DNA of 63,118 nt, counting the filler, from Octopus bimaculoides (Eukaryota), in NCBI RefSeq assembly GCF_001194135.2. It is 5 parts of 4 records of this genome, joined end to end, with 100 filler letters (N's around TTAATTAATTAA, not from the genome) between each part and the next. Parts side by side here need not be neighbours in the genome. Positions count along the whole stretch, not along the records: positions 9,852 to 25,059 come from NC_068984.1; 4 more parts are not named here. One strand, given 5' to 3'. The notes under the pieces are model-generated. The model worked only from the letters and a program-made list of their open reading frames with translations. It searched no databases and had not been told where the DNA came from. Shown piece after piece: positions 11,351-23,300 of the stretch (position 1 is its first letter; every line of letters begins with the position of its first letter). The position numbers were made by a program, and so were the translations under genes.

Positions 11351-11434
11351 ACTTTCTCACCTTCCTGAGCATTAAACTAATACACCTGTTTGTTGTTTAC
11401 ACACCTGTCTCCAATCTGTTTTCGTATATATTCA

Positions 11435-12445
11435 TATACATTCGCTGCTTTCTTTCAAAGAATCTAGTACTCTTAGCTTAGATTTTCATTGGGACTGGCC
11501 ACATTGGAGCTATCTCGAGTATAACCAGCCGAAATTGCAAATCTAATCTGGAACTCGACTGATGAAAGAAAACTCCGAATGATCCTTCCTTGTTTTTTCC
11601 TTGTCCCTTTTTTGTATCATCTGTCTGGATGTTTTGCATTCTTGTCCCATTTTTTTTTTCTTTTTTGTATACATATAGCGGTGTACGTACACTTTGGTCT
11701 CTTATATGTAAGTACACACACACACACATATATATATATACATTTTGTAGACTCTCTTATTCTTTCACTCTTTCATTCTTTTTTCTTTCTATCAGCCCTT
11801 TCACACTTACTTCATTCTTTCCACTCTTCTTTCTTTCGCCCTCCCTCTCTCACATTTCCTGGCCTTCTCTTCATTCTCACCTTCCCTCTTCTTTCACTTC
11901 ACTCAGTCCCTTTTCTTTTTTTCTCATCCCTCCCTAATTCTTCTATCCCTCTGCCTCTACCTCTCTCCTCTCCTTCCATGTGACCGGTGTTCAGCCAAGC
12001 CTGACCTTTCTTTGACTACCATCCCTGCAACATCTATATTCCTTCCCATGCCTGTCATCTCTTATGTCCCTGCTGTAAGGCTTCACTTCCACACACACCA
12101 GCTCAATTTAATTCGTCCTTAGCTGAAAGACACTTGTTAATGTCATGTTGTTTTCATTTGTATTTGTGTACCATTTCTCTAATTTTTTTTCCGTCCTTGT
12201 TTTTGTATACATTCGCTGTTTTCTTCCAAGGAATCTAGTGCTCTTAGCTTAGATTTTTTCTTGGGGCTGGCCACATTGGAGCAGTCTCGAGTATAATCAG
12301 CCAAAACTGCAAATCTAATCTGGAACTCGACTGACGAAAGAAAACTCCGAATGATCTGTCCTTGATTTTTCTTGTCCCTTTTTTTGTATTATCTAACTGT
12401 CCGGAGGTTTTGCGTTCTTGTCCCATTTTTGTATTCTTTTTTATA
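11435..12445. mobile_element. Two direct copies (~11435-11670 and ~12206-12445) of a PLE-type terminal repeat
   Basis: Shared GAATCTAGT.CTCTTAGCTTAGATTTT..GGAACTCGACTGA(T/C)GAAAGAAAACTCCGAATGATC; adjacent to a GIY-YIG remnant. Confidence 0.6.
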
Positions 12446-13079
12446 TATATGCATACATATATAAATGTGTGTGTGTATAAGTATATATACATATATATAT
12501 ACACACAAATACACACATACGCATACATAACTGTACTAACATACTCATACATATATGCACGTGCATGTATGTATACATACCCATGCATACATATATACAC
12601 AGAAACACATATACATATGCNNNNNNNNNNNNNNNNNNNNNNNNNNNNNNNNNNNNNNNNNNNNNNNNNNNNNNNNNNNNNNNNNNNNNNNNNNNNNNNN
12701 NNNNNNNNNNNNNNNNNNNNNNNNNNNNNNNNNNNNNNNNNNNNNNNNNNNNNNNNNNNNNNNNNNNNNNNNNNNNNNNNNNNNNNNNNNNNNNNNNNNN
12801 NNNNNNNNNNNNNNNNNNNNNNNNNNNNNNNNNNNNNNNNNNNNNNNNNNNNNNNNNNNNNNNNNNNNNNNNNNNTATATATATACTTACACCTATACAT
12901 ACATACACATATATACACACATACATATACAAAGAGAGAGAGAGAAAAGAACATCTGCATATAACTTTTTGGGTGCATAAAATATTACATAAGAGAGTAT
13001 ATACTCATATGTAGTTCTCATTATTCAGGTTGGTGTCTTTCTGTGGATTGTTGGGATGGTAGTTCCAGTGGTTTTGGTA

Positions 13080-13443
13080 TTAGTTTTTGTTCAGCTTTGG
13101 TTGATATTTTCGAATAAAGTATTCTTCCTTGGCCTTATGAAGATGTTCATTTTTTGTCTAGAGTTTGAAAAAAGGGAATATTTTGACCTTTCTTTTTGCG
13201 AATTTTTAGAAGTGTTCATTCCAAGTTTTGTTTCTAAAGTAGGGGTCATGGATTTGTTGTTTATGTACCCTTACTCTCTCATAGTCCAATGCCCATTTTA
13301 TCAATGTAGTATTATTTGCATTCGGGACATCTGACACAGTAAATTAGGTTTCTGGATTTGCAATTCATATTTACATTTATTTTAAAAGTGTTGTTGTCTT
13401 TAAAAGTAATTTGTTCTCCTTCTTCAATCATATGTTCCACAAT
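13080..13443 (-). mobile_element. Penelope-like element GIY-YIG endonuclease remnant (pseudogenised)
   Basis: NCKSRNLIYCVRCPECK*YYI..ERVRVHKQQIHDP..NEH..KEEYFIRKYQPKLN with stops and frameshifts. Confidence 0.85.
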
Positions 13444-15135
13444 GAGGAGGAGAGAGATCAAAATTCTCAATATGTAGTGTAAGAGGGCCTCTACTGATGA
13501 AAGAGAAGGCATCAGGGACTTGACAAATCAGCTCCGTGAACGTCTGAGAAGGCTTAGAAGGGCAGAAAGCGCCTGGAAGCGGAGGAAAAAGAGGGAGACC
13601 AAACGAGTGCAATTTGTCTAGAACCCTTTTAGATTCACCCGAATGCTTTTGGGGGAGACCAAATCAGGGAAATTGACCCACTCCAAAGAAGAGATAGAAG
13701 CATTTCTGAGGAAGACTCACGATGATGACCTCAGAAACAAAGCCCTTGATGTTAACCCAAATGTCAGTAGATAAATTCAACCTCAGCTGTCTATCCTAGA
13801 AAGAAGTGGAACAAGGATCAGCTCCTGGCCCAAGTGGTATACCTTATAAAGTATACAAGAAATGCCCTCGGCTCCTTTGGAAGCTGCGGACACTGTTCTG
13901 AAAGATCTGGACAAAGAGTATTATGCCACTATGCTAGAAGAATGTTTTGTGCCAAAAGAAGAAAACTCAACAGCTGTTAATCAGTTCATGACTATCCCCT
14001 TCCCGAGCGTTGAGGGGAAACATTTTCTTTTCCATACTGGCCAAAAGGATGACATCATACATGACTGAGATTTGGTATATAAACACATGTATCTAGAAAG
14101 GTGGGATTCCGGGTTTCTCAGGATGTCTGGAATACACTGGAATTCTCAGTCAGTTGATTCAGGAGGCTAAGAGAAGTAAAGGTGACTTGAAAATGGTTTG
14201 GCTGGATCTGGAAAATGCATACAGATCAATACCTCATGCCCTCATATATGGAGCCCTTGACTGCTATCATATTCCCCCGCATACCAAGAGAATAATCAGC
14301 AGTTATTTTGGGGGCATCCAGTTACGTTTCAGAACCACCCATTTTACAACTTGGTGGCAAGACCTTGAGAAGGGAATCATAACAAGGTGCATGATTTGCC
14401 CCATTCTTTTCATCATGGGTATGAATCTCCTCATATCAACTGCTGATAGAAAAAGCCCAAGGACCAACAATAGAATCAGGCAGCTGTCAGCACCCAATAA
14501 GGGGCTTCATGGATGATATTACAGTAATAGCTGCAACCCATGTGGATACAAAAAGAGTGCTGACTTCGCTAGAACATATGACGACATGAGCAAGAATGAG
14601 GTTTAAGCTAACAAAAAATCAAGGAACATAGTGATTGGGGTTGGGGGGCAAAGTAACCAACAAAATCAGGCTGCAAGTGCTTCCAAGAAAGTTCAGTGCA
14701 TGGCTCTACCAACATGGACTGCTCCCAAGACTCACATGGTTGTTGACGCTGTATGATGTTCCAGTGACAAGTGTGGAAAGGGTGGAGAGGAAGATAAATA
14801 AGTACCTCAGGAGATGGCTAGGTGCTCCCCCAAGCTTCACTTCAATAGGCCTGTACATAAGATCGGGACAGCTACAACTTCTCCTGTCATCTGTAGTGGA
14901 GGAATTTAAAGTAGCAAAATGTAATATTGTAATGATGTACAGAGACTCTAAGGACGAGCTTGTCAGATATGCAGGTATTACTACAAGATCTGGGCGACAG
15001 CAGGTAGATAGCGCCGCAGTCACTCAGGCTGAAGGGATGCTGGAGCTACGTGACATCATTGGAGTTAAATGCAGGTGTCGTCAGGGACTTGGTTCTTCCT
15101 ATTTCCAACAATGGAAGAAAGCAGACACCAGGGAC
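13444..15135 (+). mobile_element. HERO-like (restriction-endonuclease clade) non-LTR retrotransposon RT region, decayed
   Basis: NPFRFTRMLLGETKSG, GIPGFSGCLEYTG, VWLDLENAYRSIPH, FMDDITV, WLYQHGLLPRLTWLL..YLRRWLG. Confidence 0.8.
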
Positions 15136-16422
15136 AGCCGAGCTGGGAGTCACCTGAGACTTATCTGCTTCCTTAGACTGTTTGCCTTGAGCAATGTGTG
15201 CTGGCGATGGCAGCAGAGAATCAATCCTTGTTCGTATCTGCCGGTGATTCAAAAGTTCACTTGGAGAGAATCCACAGGATGTCGGTGTTCTCCGGTACTG
15301 CATCAAAAATTCTTGAAGTGCTCGTGTCGGTGGAAGAGAAAACTTCCTCAGAGCTTGTTTGAAGGTCTGCACCAAACGTTCCGCTGCTCCGTTGGTAGCT
15401 GGGTGGTAAGGTGCCCCTGTCAGGTGTGTGATCCCACGTTCTTTGCACCAGCTCTGGAACTCCTCAGACGTAAAAGTTGGTGCGTTATAGGTGACCAGTG
15501 TGTGAGGAAATCCGAAGTGTGCAAAGTCTTCCTCAAGCAGATTTAAAGTGGCTTTGGAGGACGTGGAGGAAGTAGGATGAATGCATGGGTACTTGGAATA
15601 AGCATCTGTGATCACCAGCCAATCTCTACCCATAAAATTTATTGCGTGGTTCAGGTGCAAGCGGCTCCACGGTTTTTCTGGTAACATCCATGGGTGAACT
15701 GGAGGCTTAGATGGCTGCCTTTGATGTTCGTTGCACGAATCACATCGTCAACTGGCTATCTCTATAGCAGCATCGATACCAGGTCAATAAACAGCAGTTT
15801 TTGCTAGTTGTTTCATGCGTTCCATGCCAAAGTGTCCAAGATGCAGAAGATTGATGATCTTTGGTTGCAAGCTATGTGGAATCACAACTCTAGATCCATG
15901 TATAAGGCATCCATGACAGATACTAAGTGAGTTTGATAACTTACGGAACTTGTTGACTTCGTCATTGATCTCCATGTTCTTTGGTGGCCAGCCTTCACGG
16001 ACGTAGCGCATCACTGTAGATATCACTGGATCTTTCCCTGACTCTTGACGGAGGAGATTAGCTTCCACAGGTTGGACTTGAATACTAAGAGCTTTGATGG
16101 CACACACCATGTCTATGTCTTCACCATTTTCCTTTCTGTCAAAATTGCTGTCATCACCGAATGGCAAGCGACTGAGGGCATCAGCATTGCCATGATCTGC
16201 TGATTTCCGATATTCAATGGTGTAGTCAAACTGGTTCAGCCACAGGGCCCATCGTGCTAGTCTGTTAGCAGTGAGAAGTGGCGTCCCTTTCCTCGGACTG
16301 AATAGTGATGTCAGTGGCTTGGGGTCAGTCACGAGTATGAATTTACGACCGTACAAATATTGGTAAAACTTTTGCAAGCCAAATATGATAGCTAGGGCTT
16401 CCTTTTGAATTTGGCTGTAGTT
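15136..16422 (-). mobile_element. Gypsy/Ty3 LTR retrotransposon pol fragment (RNase H end, integrase zinc finger and core)
   Basis: NYSQIQKEALAIIFG..LVTDPKPL, RWALWL, LHLGHFGMERMKQLA, PEKPWSRLHL, PYHPATNGAAERLVQTFK; few lesions; no LTR seen. Confidence 0.92.
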
Positions 16423-16629
16423 NNNNNNNNNNNNNNNNNNNNNNNNNNNNNNNNNNNNNNNNNNNNNNNNNNNNNNNNNNNNNNNNNNNNNNNNNNNNNN
16501 NNNNNNNNNNNNNNNNNNNNNNCATACATGCATACATATATACATACATACATACATACATATACCTATGTACGCATACATATAGGTGTGGATCCGTCCT
16601 TTAATTGGAGTAGTTTCCAAAAAGATTTC

Positions 16630-17226
16630 GGATCTATTTTAAAACGAGTTTTCATTTATGTTTTATGTAGTGTTTTTGATACCGAAAGACTTTCAAACTT
16701 CGTATACTTATCTATTTTGTGTTATAGAACAGAAAAAAATTTTTGTATTCGAATTTATTTCATGTAAAAAATTGTCTTATTTCGATAATTTCTACTAATC
16801 ACTGACGTCTATTCAGTTGAAAACAGTTAGCGTTGTAACGGTGTATATCGTATTAATCCCCTAACCCTAACTAGACCGTTAACCGTAACCATAACTCTAA
16901 AATTGTTACACACATAGATACGCACAGCGTAATTTATTATATAAACAATATATGCGTATAAATTACGATTAAACCGGATGAAATATGTCACAGGGAATAA
17001 CATTTTTATGACCGCCCAGCAGTAACTCTATTCAGCTGAATAGACGTCAGTGATTGGTTGAAATTACAGAAATACGACAACTTTAACATGGAATAACTTG
17101 CGAATTCCTTTTTTTGTTAAGAAGACTAAGAGTAAAAGATGTTTTATATGACACATTCTACCGGTGTCCCAAGTTTCAAAGTGTTTCGTTAAGAAAATAC
17201 TGGTGCCCCCGTTTTAAAATAGATCC
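16630..17226. mobile_element. Non-autonomous DNA transposon (Merlin-like MITE)
   Basis: Perfect 17-bp TIR GGATCTATTTTAAAACG; 8-bp TSD AAGATTTC at 16622-16629 and 17227-17234; internal CTAACC-like repeats. Confidence 0.85.
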
Positions 17227-18641
17227 AAGATTTCTAACATTAATTCTTCATGCTTTGCTGAGAGTTTACTGATGTAAATTGGCGAAGATATGAAAAGCAG
17301 TATTAGAATATTAAGTGAATGATTAATTTATGGAATGAAGTTCTACAAATCCAATCATATGTGTCAAAAATGGAGGAGATAAGATGTTAAAAAGTTTTAA
17401 GAAGTTTATTCATGCATACAATTGTTTCGTACATAGATATAATTTATATGTGAATTTGAAAATTATCATAGTACTCATCAGTGCTGAGAGAAAATAACAG
17501 GAACTTAAAAAAAGAGCAGAGAAGTTGGATCTATGAGTTTCATGTTTATCTATTCCTATTTGTGTGCGATAGTGATCGGATTCATGTCAAATATTAAACC
17601 ACAACTAACAGATGAACGGTTAGAGAATGATATAAATATAGAGATGTCGATAACACTCTCTCTATAGATTAGTATATATTTGCTAATTAAATCTCCATAT
17701 AAGCAGCAGCATAGGGTGAGTAAGTTAGAGAAATGACCAATGAGAAAACGTTATCTAATGTAAATCAAATCTAACCGTTAAAAACAATACTTGGTATGTT
17801 TTATAAATAATCATAAACAGACGAAGAAAGTTTAGCGTAAAAAAATTGTTTGTAATAGAAAGTTAATGAAATCATTTATGAAAATATAAAGGGAGGAGGA
17901 AGAGTAAAAAAGAATGAAGTGGAAGTGGATTAAGGACTCTTGTTTACTCAAGATCCGTATTGAGATAACATGGAAGTATAATAAAAATGAGAAAAAAGTG
18001 GTAATTCAAATGGAAATATGATGATTAAGGTTGTATGTACTTACGAAGTCATTGTTGAGAATAGAGATAAGAGAACATATTAGGAGATGTAGTAAGAAGA
18101 GAACTATAGAAGCGATAAGGTAATAAATTAGAGAGAGTGAAATTTTACTAGTGTAGGGGAGATAAATAAGAAGAAAAAATAATGGTCAAGTATGGGATGT
18201 AATGAGAGAAGTGAATGTTAAAAATAAAAGAAAGAGAGATTAAAGATAAATGTGTTGGATAATGCTATACAAATGGAATACTTTGTATATGTAGTAAAAA
18301 GTTTTGTCGAGAGTATTATTCTTGCTGAGTATTGTGAGATAGGGTATGGTTATATATGATAGTAATGAATAAAAATATACGTTATATAGGTTCAATGCAT
18401 GTAAATATATTAAAAATAATTATTATTATGATCTACGAGTATATAGATACTTGTAGGGGTAGATATAAAGTTGCAAAATTATAGGATAAATGTTTATCAA
18501 ATATGGAGTAGAGTGAATGTATATGCAATCAAATATGTAAATATAGGCATACATACACATATAAGTATGTAGATACACGAATATATACTTATACATACAC
18601 ACTATATACACATGTATATACATGTACAAATACACACATAC

Positions 18642-19550
18642 GGATCCTTTTGATTTGACGGGCACCAAGTTATTTCATGTTAAAGTTGTCGTATTTCTGT
18701 AATTTCAACCGATCACTGACGTCTATTCAGCTGAATACAGTTACTGCTGTTTTGTAAACAATAATTTTTGCCGGTGTCAAAAGTGTTATTCCCTGTTTAA
18801 TTATATCATTATTCCCTAGTAAGAGTTTAGGGTTTTAGGGTTCGGGTTTTAGAGTTAGGGTTAGGGTTTTAGGGTTAGGGTTGGGGTTAGGGTTAGGGTT
18901 ATGGTTATGAGTTATAGGGTTTTAGGGTTAGGGTTAGTGTTATGAGTGAGGTTATGGCAAAAAGAATCATAACCCTAACCCTAACTCTAAAACCCGAACC
19001 TTAACCCTAAAACCCTAAAGCTAAAACCAGTACAAACGCACGAACCATGTCATAAATAACAGNNNNNNNNNNTAGGGTTATGGTTATGAGTTATAGGGTT
19101 TTAGGGTTAGGGTTAGTGTTATGAGTGAGGTTATGGCAAAAAGAATCATAACCCTAACCCTAACTCTAAAACCCGAACCTTAACCCTAAAACCCTAAAGC
19201 TAAAACCAGTACAAACGCACGAACCATGTCATAAATAACAGTACCACGGATAGTTGTTGTTGACAAACTACGGCACTAATTTTATTCAAGGGAAAAGATC
19301 CCATGACACTGTTAGAACATGTTGTTTACATTCCACGGCAGTAATTGTTTTCACCTCAATAGACGTCAGTGATTGGTTGAAATTACCAAAATACGACAAT
19401 TTTTTTACATGAAATAACTTCGAATACAAAATTTTTTATCTGTTCTATAACACAAAATATACAAGTATATGAAGTTTGAATGTGTTTCGGTACCAAAAAC
19501 ACTACATAAAACATAAATGAAAAGTGTTGCCCGACAAATCAGAAAGATCC
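18642..19550. mobile_element. Non-autonomous DNA transposon (Merlin-like MITE) carrying TTAGGG/CCCTAA arrays
   Basis: TIRs GGATCCTTTTGATTTGACGGGCA / GGATCTTTCTGATTTGTCGGGCA (20/23); 9-bp TSD CACACATAC; subterminal arm shared with 16630-17226. Confidence 0.82.
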
Positions 19551-19733
19551 CACACATACATATGTAAAACGTATACATATATACGGATATAAAACACACA
19601 CACACACACATATATATACATACATACATACATATACACGCACTTACACACATATATACATACATGCGTATACACAAAAAGCACGTATACAAACATAGAT
19701 ACTCATAGAGGTATACATAGATATGCAGATATA

Positions 19734-20170
19734 TCAGGTCATCCCATAAGTTCTGTCCGATTTTACCTTTTTTAAAATTGAATGAAATTTAATAGTATTT
19801 TAGAATGTCTAATGGAATTAAAAATTATTTTTATGCATTTGTGTACATTTAAACTAATCAAATATTATTTTACAGAATAATAGAATTAAAATTTCTTTGA
19901 CTAAAACCCTTTCTCACATGGAAGTATCCAAAGACCATTTGAGGCACATAGTGCTTTATGAGTACAAAAAAGGAAACTCTGCAGCCGAAGCAACCTGAAA
20001 CATACACTCAGTTTATGGGAAAAAATGCTTGAATGAAAGAACTTGAAGAAGGTGGTTTGCAAAATTCAGAAGTGGAGATTTCAGCCTTGAAGATGANNNN
20101 NNNNNNTACCACCTAATGCAACAATCAATGCTCAAGTCTACGGTCAGCAATTAGAGTGTTTGAACCAAGC
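19734..20170 (+). mobile_element. Mariner transposon fragment (left end and transposase N-terminus)
   Basis: TA-TCAGGTCATCCCATAAG end; ATG at 19918 gives MEVSKDHLRHIVLYEYKKGNSAAEAT*NI..RRWFAKFRSGDFSLED; after the gap PPNATINAQVYGQQLECL. Confidence 0.85.
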
Positions 20171-20770
20171 TTTTCTATGGTCCCTAAAGGTGGATTCGTG
20201 GTTCAAAATTTGCGATTTAACCCAGTTTTGCATGCAACGTCTTTCTTTTTACGATTTCTTTCTAATTTACAAGCATTAGGGTCTCTGCAATTGCAATTTG
20301 TATTTGTGGGTGGTGTAGTAGTGTTATATGTATGTTTTGATGAATTATAAAAGTTGTGATTATTATCAGTATTGATATTGTTAATTGAAGGATTATACGG
20401 ATTTTTATTAATATCATTGGAGGTTCTAGGTTCAGTTTTAGTAATTTTGTTTCCATAGAATTGATCTAGTTTCTTATTGTTAAATGAAAATATTATCCTA
20501 AAAAGATTAGGAGAAACTGAAAATCCAAATTTAATATGTTTATTATTAAATATTTTTACATTTTTAATGTTTTTGAGGTTTTTATAATTACTCATTCAGA
20601 TGGATCTAATAAAATTCGATTTTAAGTGTTTTGCAAAGGGAATCATTATCCAAATGGTTTTCTCGTTGTCTGCTTTGGTAAAAAAACTGGGTTGTATTCA
20701 GAGAGTCAAATCTTTTCCTATATGGAATAGATTTCTTTTTTACTATGTCGTTCCTATCCTTATTAATTAG
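20171..20770 (-). mobile_element. Penelope-like element remnant (RT-to-endonuclease linker)
   Basis: FSVSPNLFRII..NNKK..CNCRDPNACKL motif typical of the region upstream of PLE GIY-YIG. Confidence 0.65.
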
Positions 20771-20860
20771 AGTATTATGGTTATTCATATCATTATAGCA
20801 AATTGTCTTATTTTGATTATTCCTGCTCTCTCTATTTGTTGCTTTAATGTTCCTATTTTA

Positions 20861-21069
20861 AGGTGGCGAGCTGGCAAAAATGTTAGCGCGCCGGGCGAAA
20901 TGCTTAGCGGTATTTCGTCTTTACGCTCTGAGTTCAAATTCTGCCAAGGTCGACTTTGCCTTTCATCCTTTCGGGGTCGATAAATTAAGTACCAGTTGCG
21001 TACTGGGGTCGATCTAATCGACTGGCCCTCTCCCCCAAAATTTCGGGTCTTGTGCCTCGAGTAGAAAAG
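20861..21069 (+). mobile_element. tRNA-derived SINE family B (Meta/MESC-like core), full length
   Basis: GGTGGCGAGCTGGC..GAGTTCAAATTC..TTTGCCTTTCATCCTTTCGGGGTCGATAAATTAAGTACC; 14-bp TSD AATGTTCCTATTTT. Confidence 0.88.
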
Positions 21070-21890
21070 AATGTTCCTATTTTTATCTTTAATTATACAG
21101 TTATTATGTATGTTGTCAGTATTTATAGGTTTCTTTATAATTGTGTGGTTAGGAAGGTGGTAATTATCAAGATTTATATTTTTCTTTTGAATTTTATTTC
21201 TGATGTGGTGCTCGTAATGCTTGATTTNNNNNNNNNNNNNNNNNNNNNNNNNNNNNNNNNNNNNNNNNNNNNNNNNNNNNNNNNNNNNNNNNNNNNNNNN
21301 NNNNNNNNNNNNNNNNNNNNNNNNNNNNNNNNNNNNNNNNNNNNNNNNNNNNNNNNNNNNNNNNNNNNNNNNNNNNNNNNNNNNNNNNNNNNNNNNNNNN
21401 NNNNNNNNNNNNNNNNNNNNNNNNNNNNNNNNNNNNNNNNNNNNNNNNNNNNNNNNNNNNNNNNNNNNNNNNNNNNNNNNNNNNNNNNNNNNNNNNNNNN
21501 NNNNNNNNNNNNNNNNNNNNNNNNNNNNNNNNNNNNNNNNNNNNNNNNNNNNNNNNNNNNNNNNNNNNNNNNNNNNNNNNNNNNNNNNNNNNNNNNNNNN
21601 NNNNNNNNNNNNNNNNNNNNNNNNNNNNNNNNNNNNNNNNNNNNNNNNNNNNNNNNNNNNNNNNNNNNNNNNNNNNNNNNNNNNNNNNNNNNNNNNNNNN
21701 NNNNNNNNNNNNNNNNNNNNNNNNNNNNNNNNNNNNNNNNNNNNNNNNNNNNNNNNNNNNNNNNNNNNNNNNNNNNNNNNNNNNNNNNNNNNNNNNNNNN
21801 NNNNNNNNNNNNNNNNNNNNNNNNNNNNNNNNNNNNNNNNNNNNNNNNNNNNNNNNNNNNNNNNNNNNNNNNNNNNNNNNNNNNNNNNNN

Positions 21891-21937
<47 letters not shown>

Positions 21938-22221
21938 ACTATATGTATGGGGACCTACATATATCATCAATAAGTTTCTATTTCTATACTCACATCTTTA
22001 GAATGGGGAAATATTAATTAAGTTCTATTTATAATTTTAATCAAAATTATAAGAATTGTTAATTTGCTTTACTATAGTTAAAGGTATCTATTATGAGGTA
22101 TCAAAATGACAGTCTATTAATTGTAACTATAAAAAAAAAATCGTTTATATTTAGTAAATACATATTTGTTTTTAAGTAGGCAAGAATGATTTTTTTCATC
22201 CCTCAGGTTAAGTAAAGGAAA

Positions 22222-22598
22222 TTCTTTCTTTCTTTTACTTGTTTCAGTCATTTGATTGTGGCCATGCTGGAGCACCGCCTTTAGTCGAGCAAATCGACCC
22301 CGGGACTTATTCTTTGGAAACCTAGTACTTATTCTATTGGTCACTTTTGCCAAACTGCTAAGTTACGGGGATGTAAACACATCAGCATCGGTTGTCAAGC
22401 GATGCTGGTGGGGACAAACACACATATATATATACATATATACGACTGGCTTCTCTCAGTTTCCGTCTACCAAATCCACTCACAAGGCTTTGGTTGACCC
22501 GAGGCTATAGTAGAAGACACTTGCCCAAGGTGCCACGCAGTGGGACTGAACCCGGAACCATGTGGTTGGTAAGCAAGCTACTTACCACACAGCCACAC
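22222..22598 (-). mobile_element. SINE family A, full length, with central (TA/CA) microsatellite
   Basis: Head GTGTGGCTGTGTGGTAAG..GGGTTCAGTCCC, CORE-like CCTTGGGCAAGTGTCT, tail GACTGAAACAAGTAAAAGA. Confidence 0.88.
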
Positions 22599-22612
22599 AG
22601 CCACTCTTGCAA

Positions 22613-22843
22613 CTATGTAGTCATTAAAATAAATAATTTCTCATTCAAACAAAGAAGGCACTTCTTATTACTTATATTGTAACTAGTTGCTGTCACCAAG
22701 ATATCCCATTCGAGATTAAAATCATTTTTTTTATCTTTAAGTTCCCAAATGAATTTACTTAGACTTGTTGAATTCTGTCTTTTCCTATTCCGAAATGTAT
22801 ATAAATTTGTTGAAACACGCTTCTTCACTTCATCCTTAGTCAA
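22613..22843 (-). mobile_element. Penelope-like GIY-YIG C-terminal remnant
   Basis: STSLSKFIWELKD..LEWDIL..SY..CLLCLNEKLFI. Confidence 0.8.
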
Positions 22844-22869
22844 TCCAATATAAATATATTTATTATTAA

Positions 22870-23300
22870 TTAGCAGAGATACCCGGCATTGCCCGTGTTA
22901 CATGCAATTGAAGAATTAGACTTTTCTGTTATATTTTCTCTAATGAACTGGAATACCTATGATTCGAATTTCATCAAAATTGCAGATGAGGGTTCTTTCC
23001 CTCTTTACACACCCTAAAAAATTCTAATCATGACACATGTATCCCATACTACTGATCTTTATGCACAGATTCTAAAATTCCAGTCTCATGGAACCTGTTA
23101 AAAAGATTTTGCTCCTGAAAATGGAAGTCATGGAGCTCTAAAATGTGAGAGTTAAGGCCCCTATTGGGGGTGGGTATCTTAATGTCAACCAGAGAAGTTG
23201 AATTGTTGAGAATCTTTTTCACTTGGGTCTTATATGTATTGTTCGAATTTCTTTGAAATAGGAAATATATGAATGTTCACTGGGTTTGTAAAAGAGAGCA
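22870..23300 (+). mobile_element. Possible non-autonomous Helitron-like element (5' end)
   Basis: TAGCAGAGATACCCGGCATTGCCCGTG resembles Helitron/HINE 5' termini; 3' hairpin not identified; right boundary uncertain. Confidence 0.4.

Noticed and set aside
13494-13520. CTGATGA as a hammerhead core
   Set aside because: It lies in HERO coding sequence with no hairpin-GAAA partner.
14635-15546. 303-aa ORF as a novel fusion protein
   Set aside because: It is HERO-like RT read through into the antisense strand of a Gypsy integrase; upstream stops and no credible start.
18823-19025. True telomere or chromosome fusion site
   Set aside because: The repeats are short, degenerate and enclosed by TIRs and a TSD.
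18890-19240. Tandem duplication of the telomere-like block inside the MITE
   Set aside because: Identical copies flank a 10-N gap; likely unmerged contig overlap. The same applies at 9314-9323.
20171-22843. Single continuous Penelope element
   Set aside because: On the minus strand the endonuclease C-terminus (22613-22843) precedes the linker (20171-20770); not colinear, so separate fragments.
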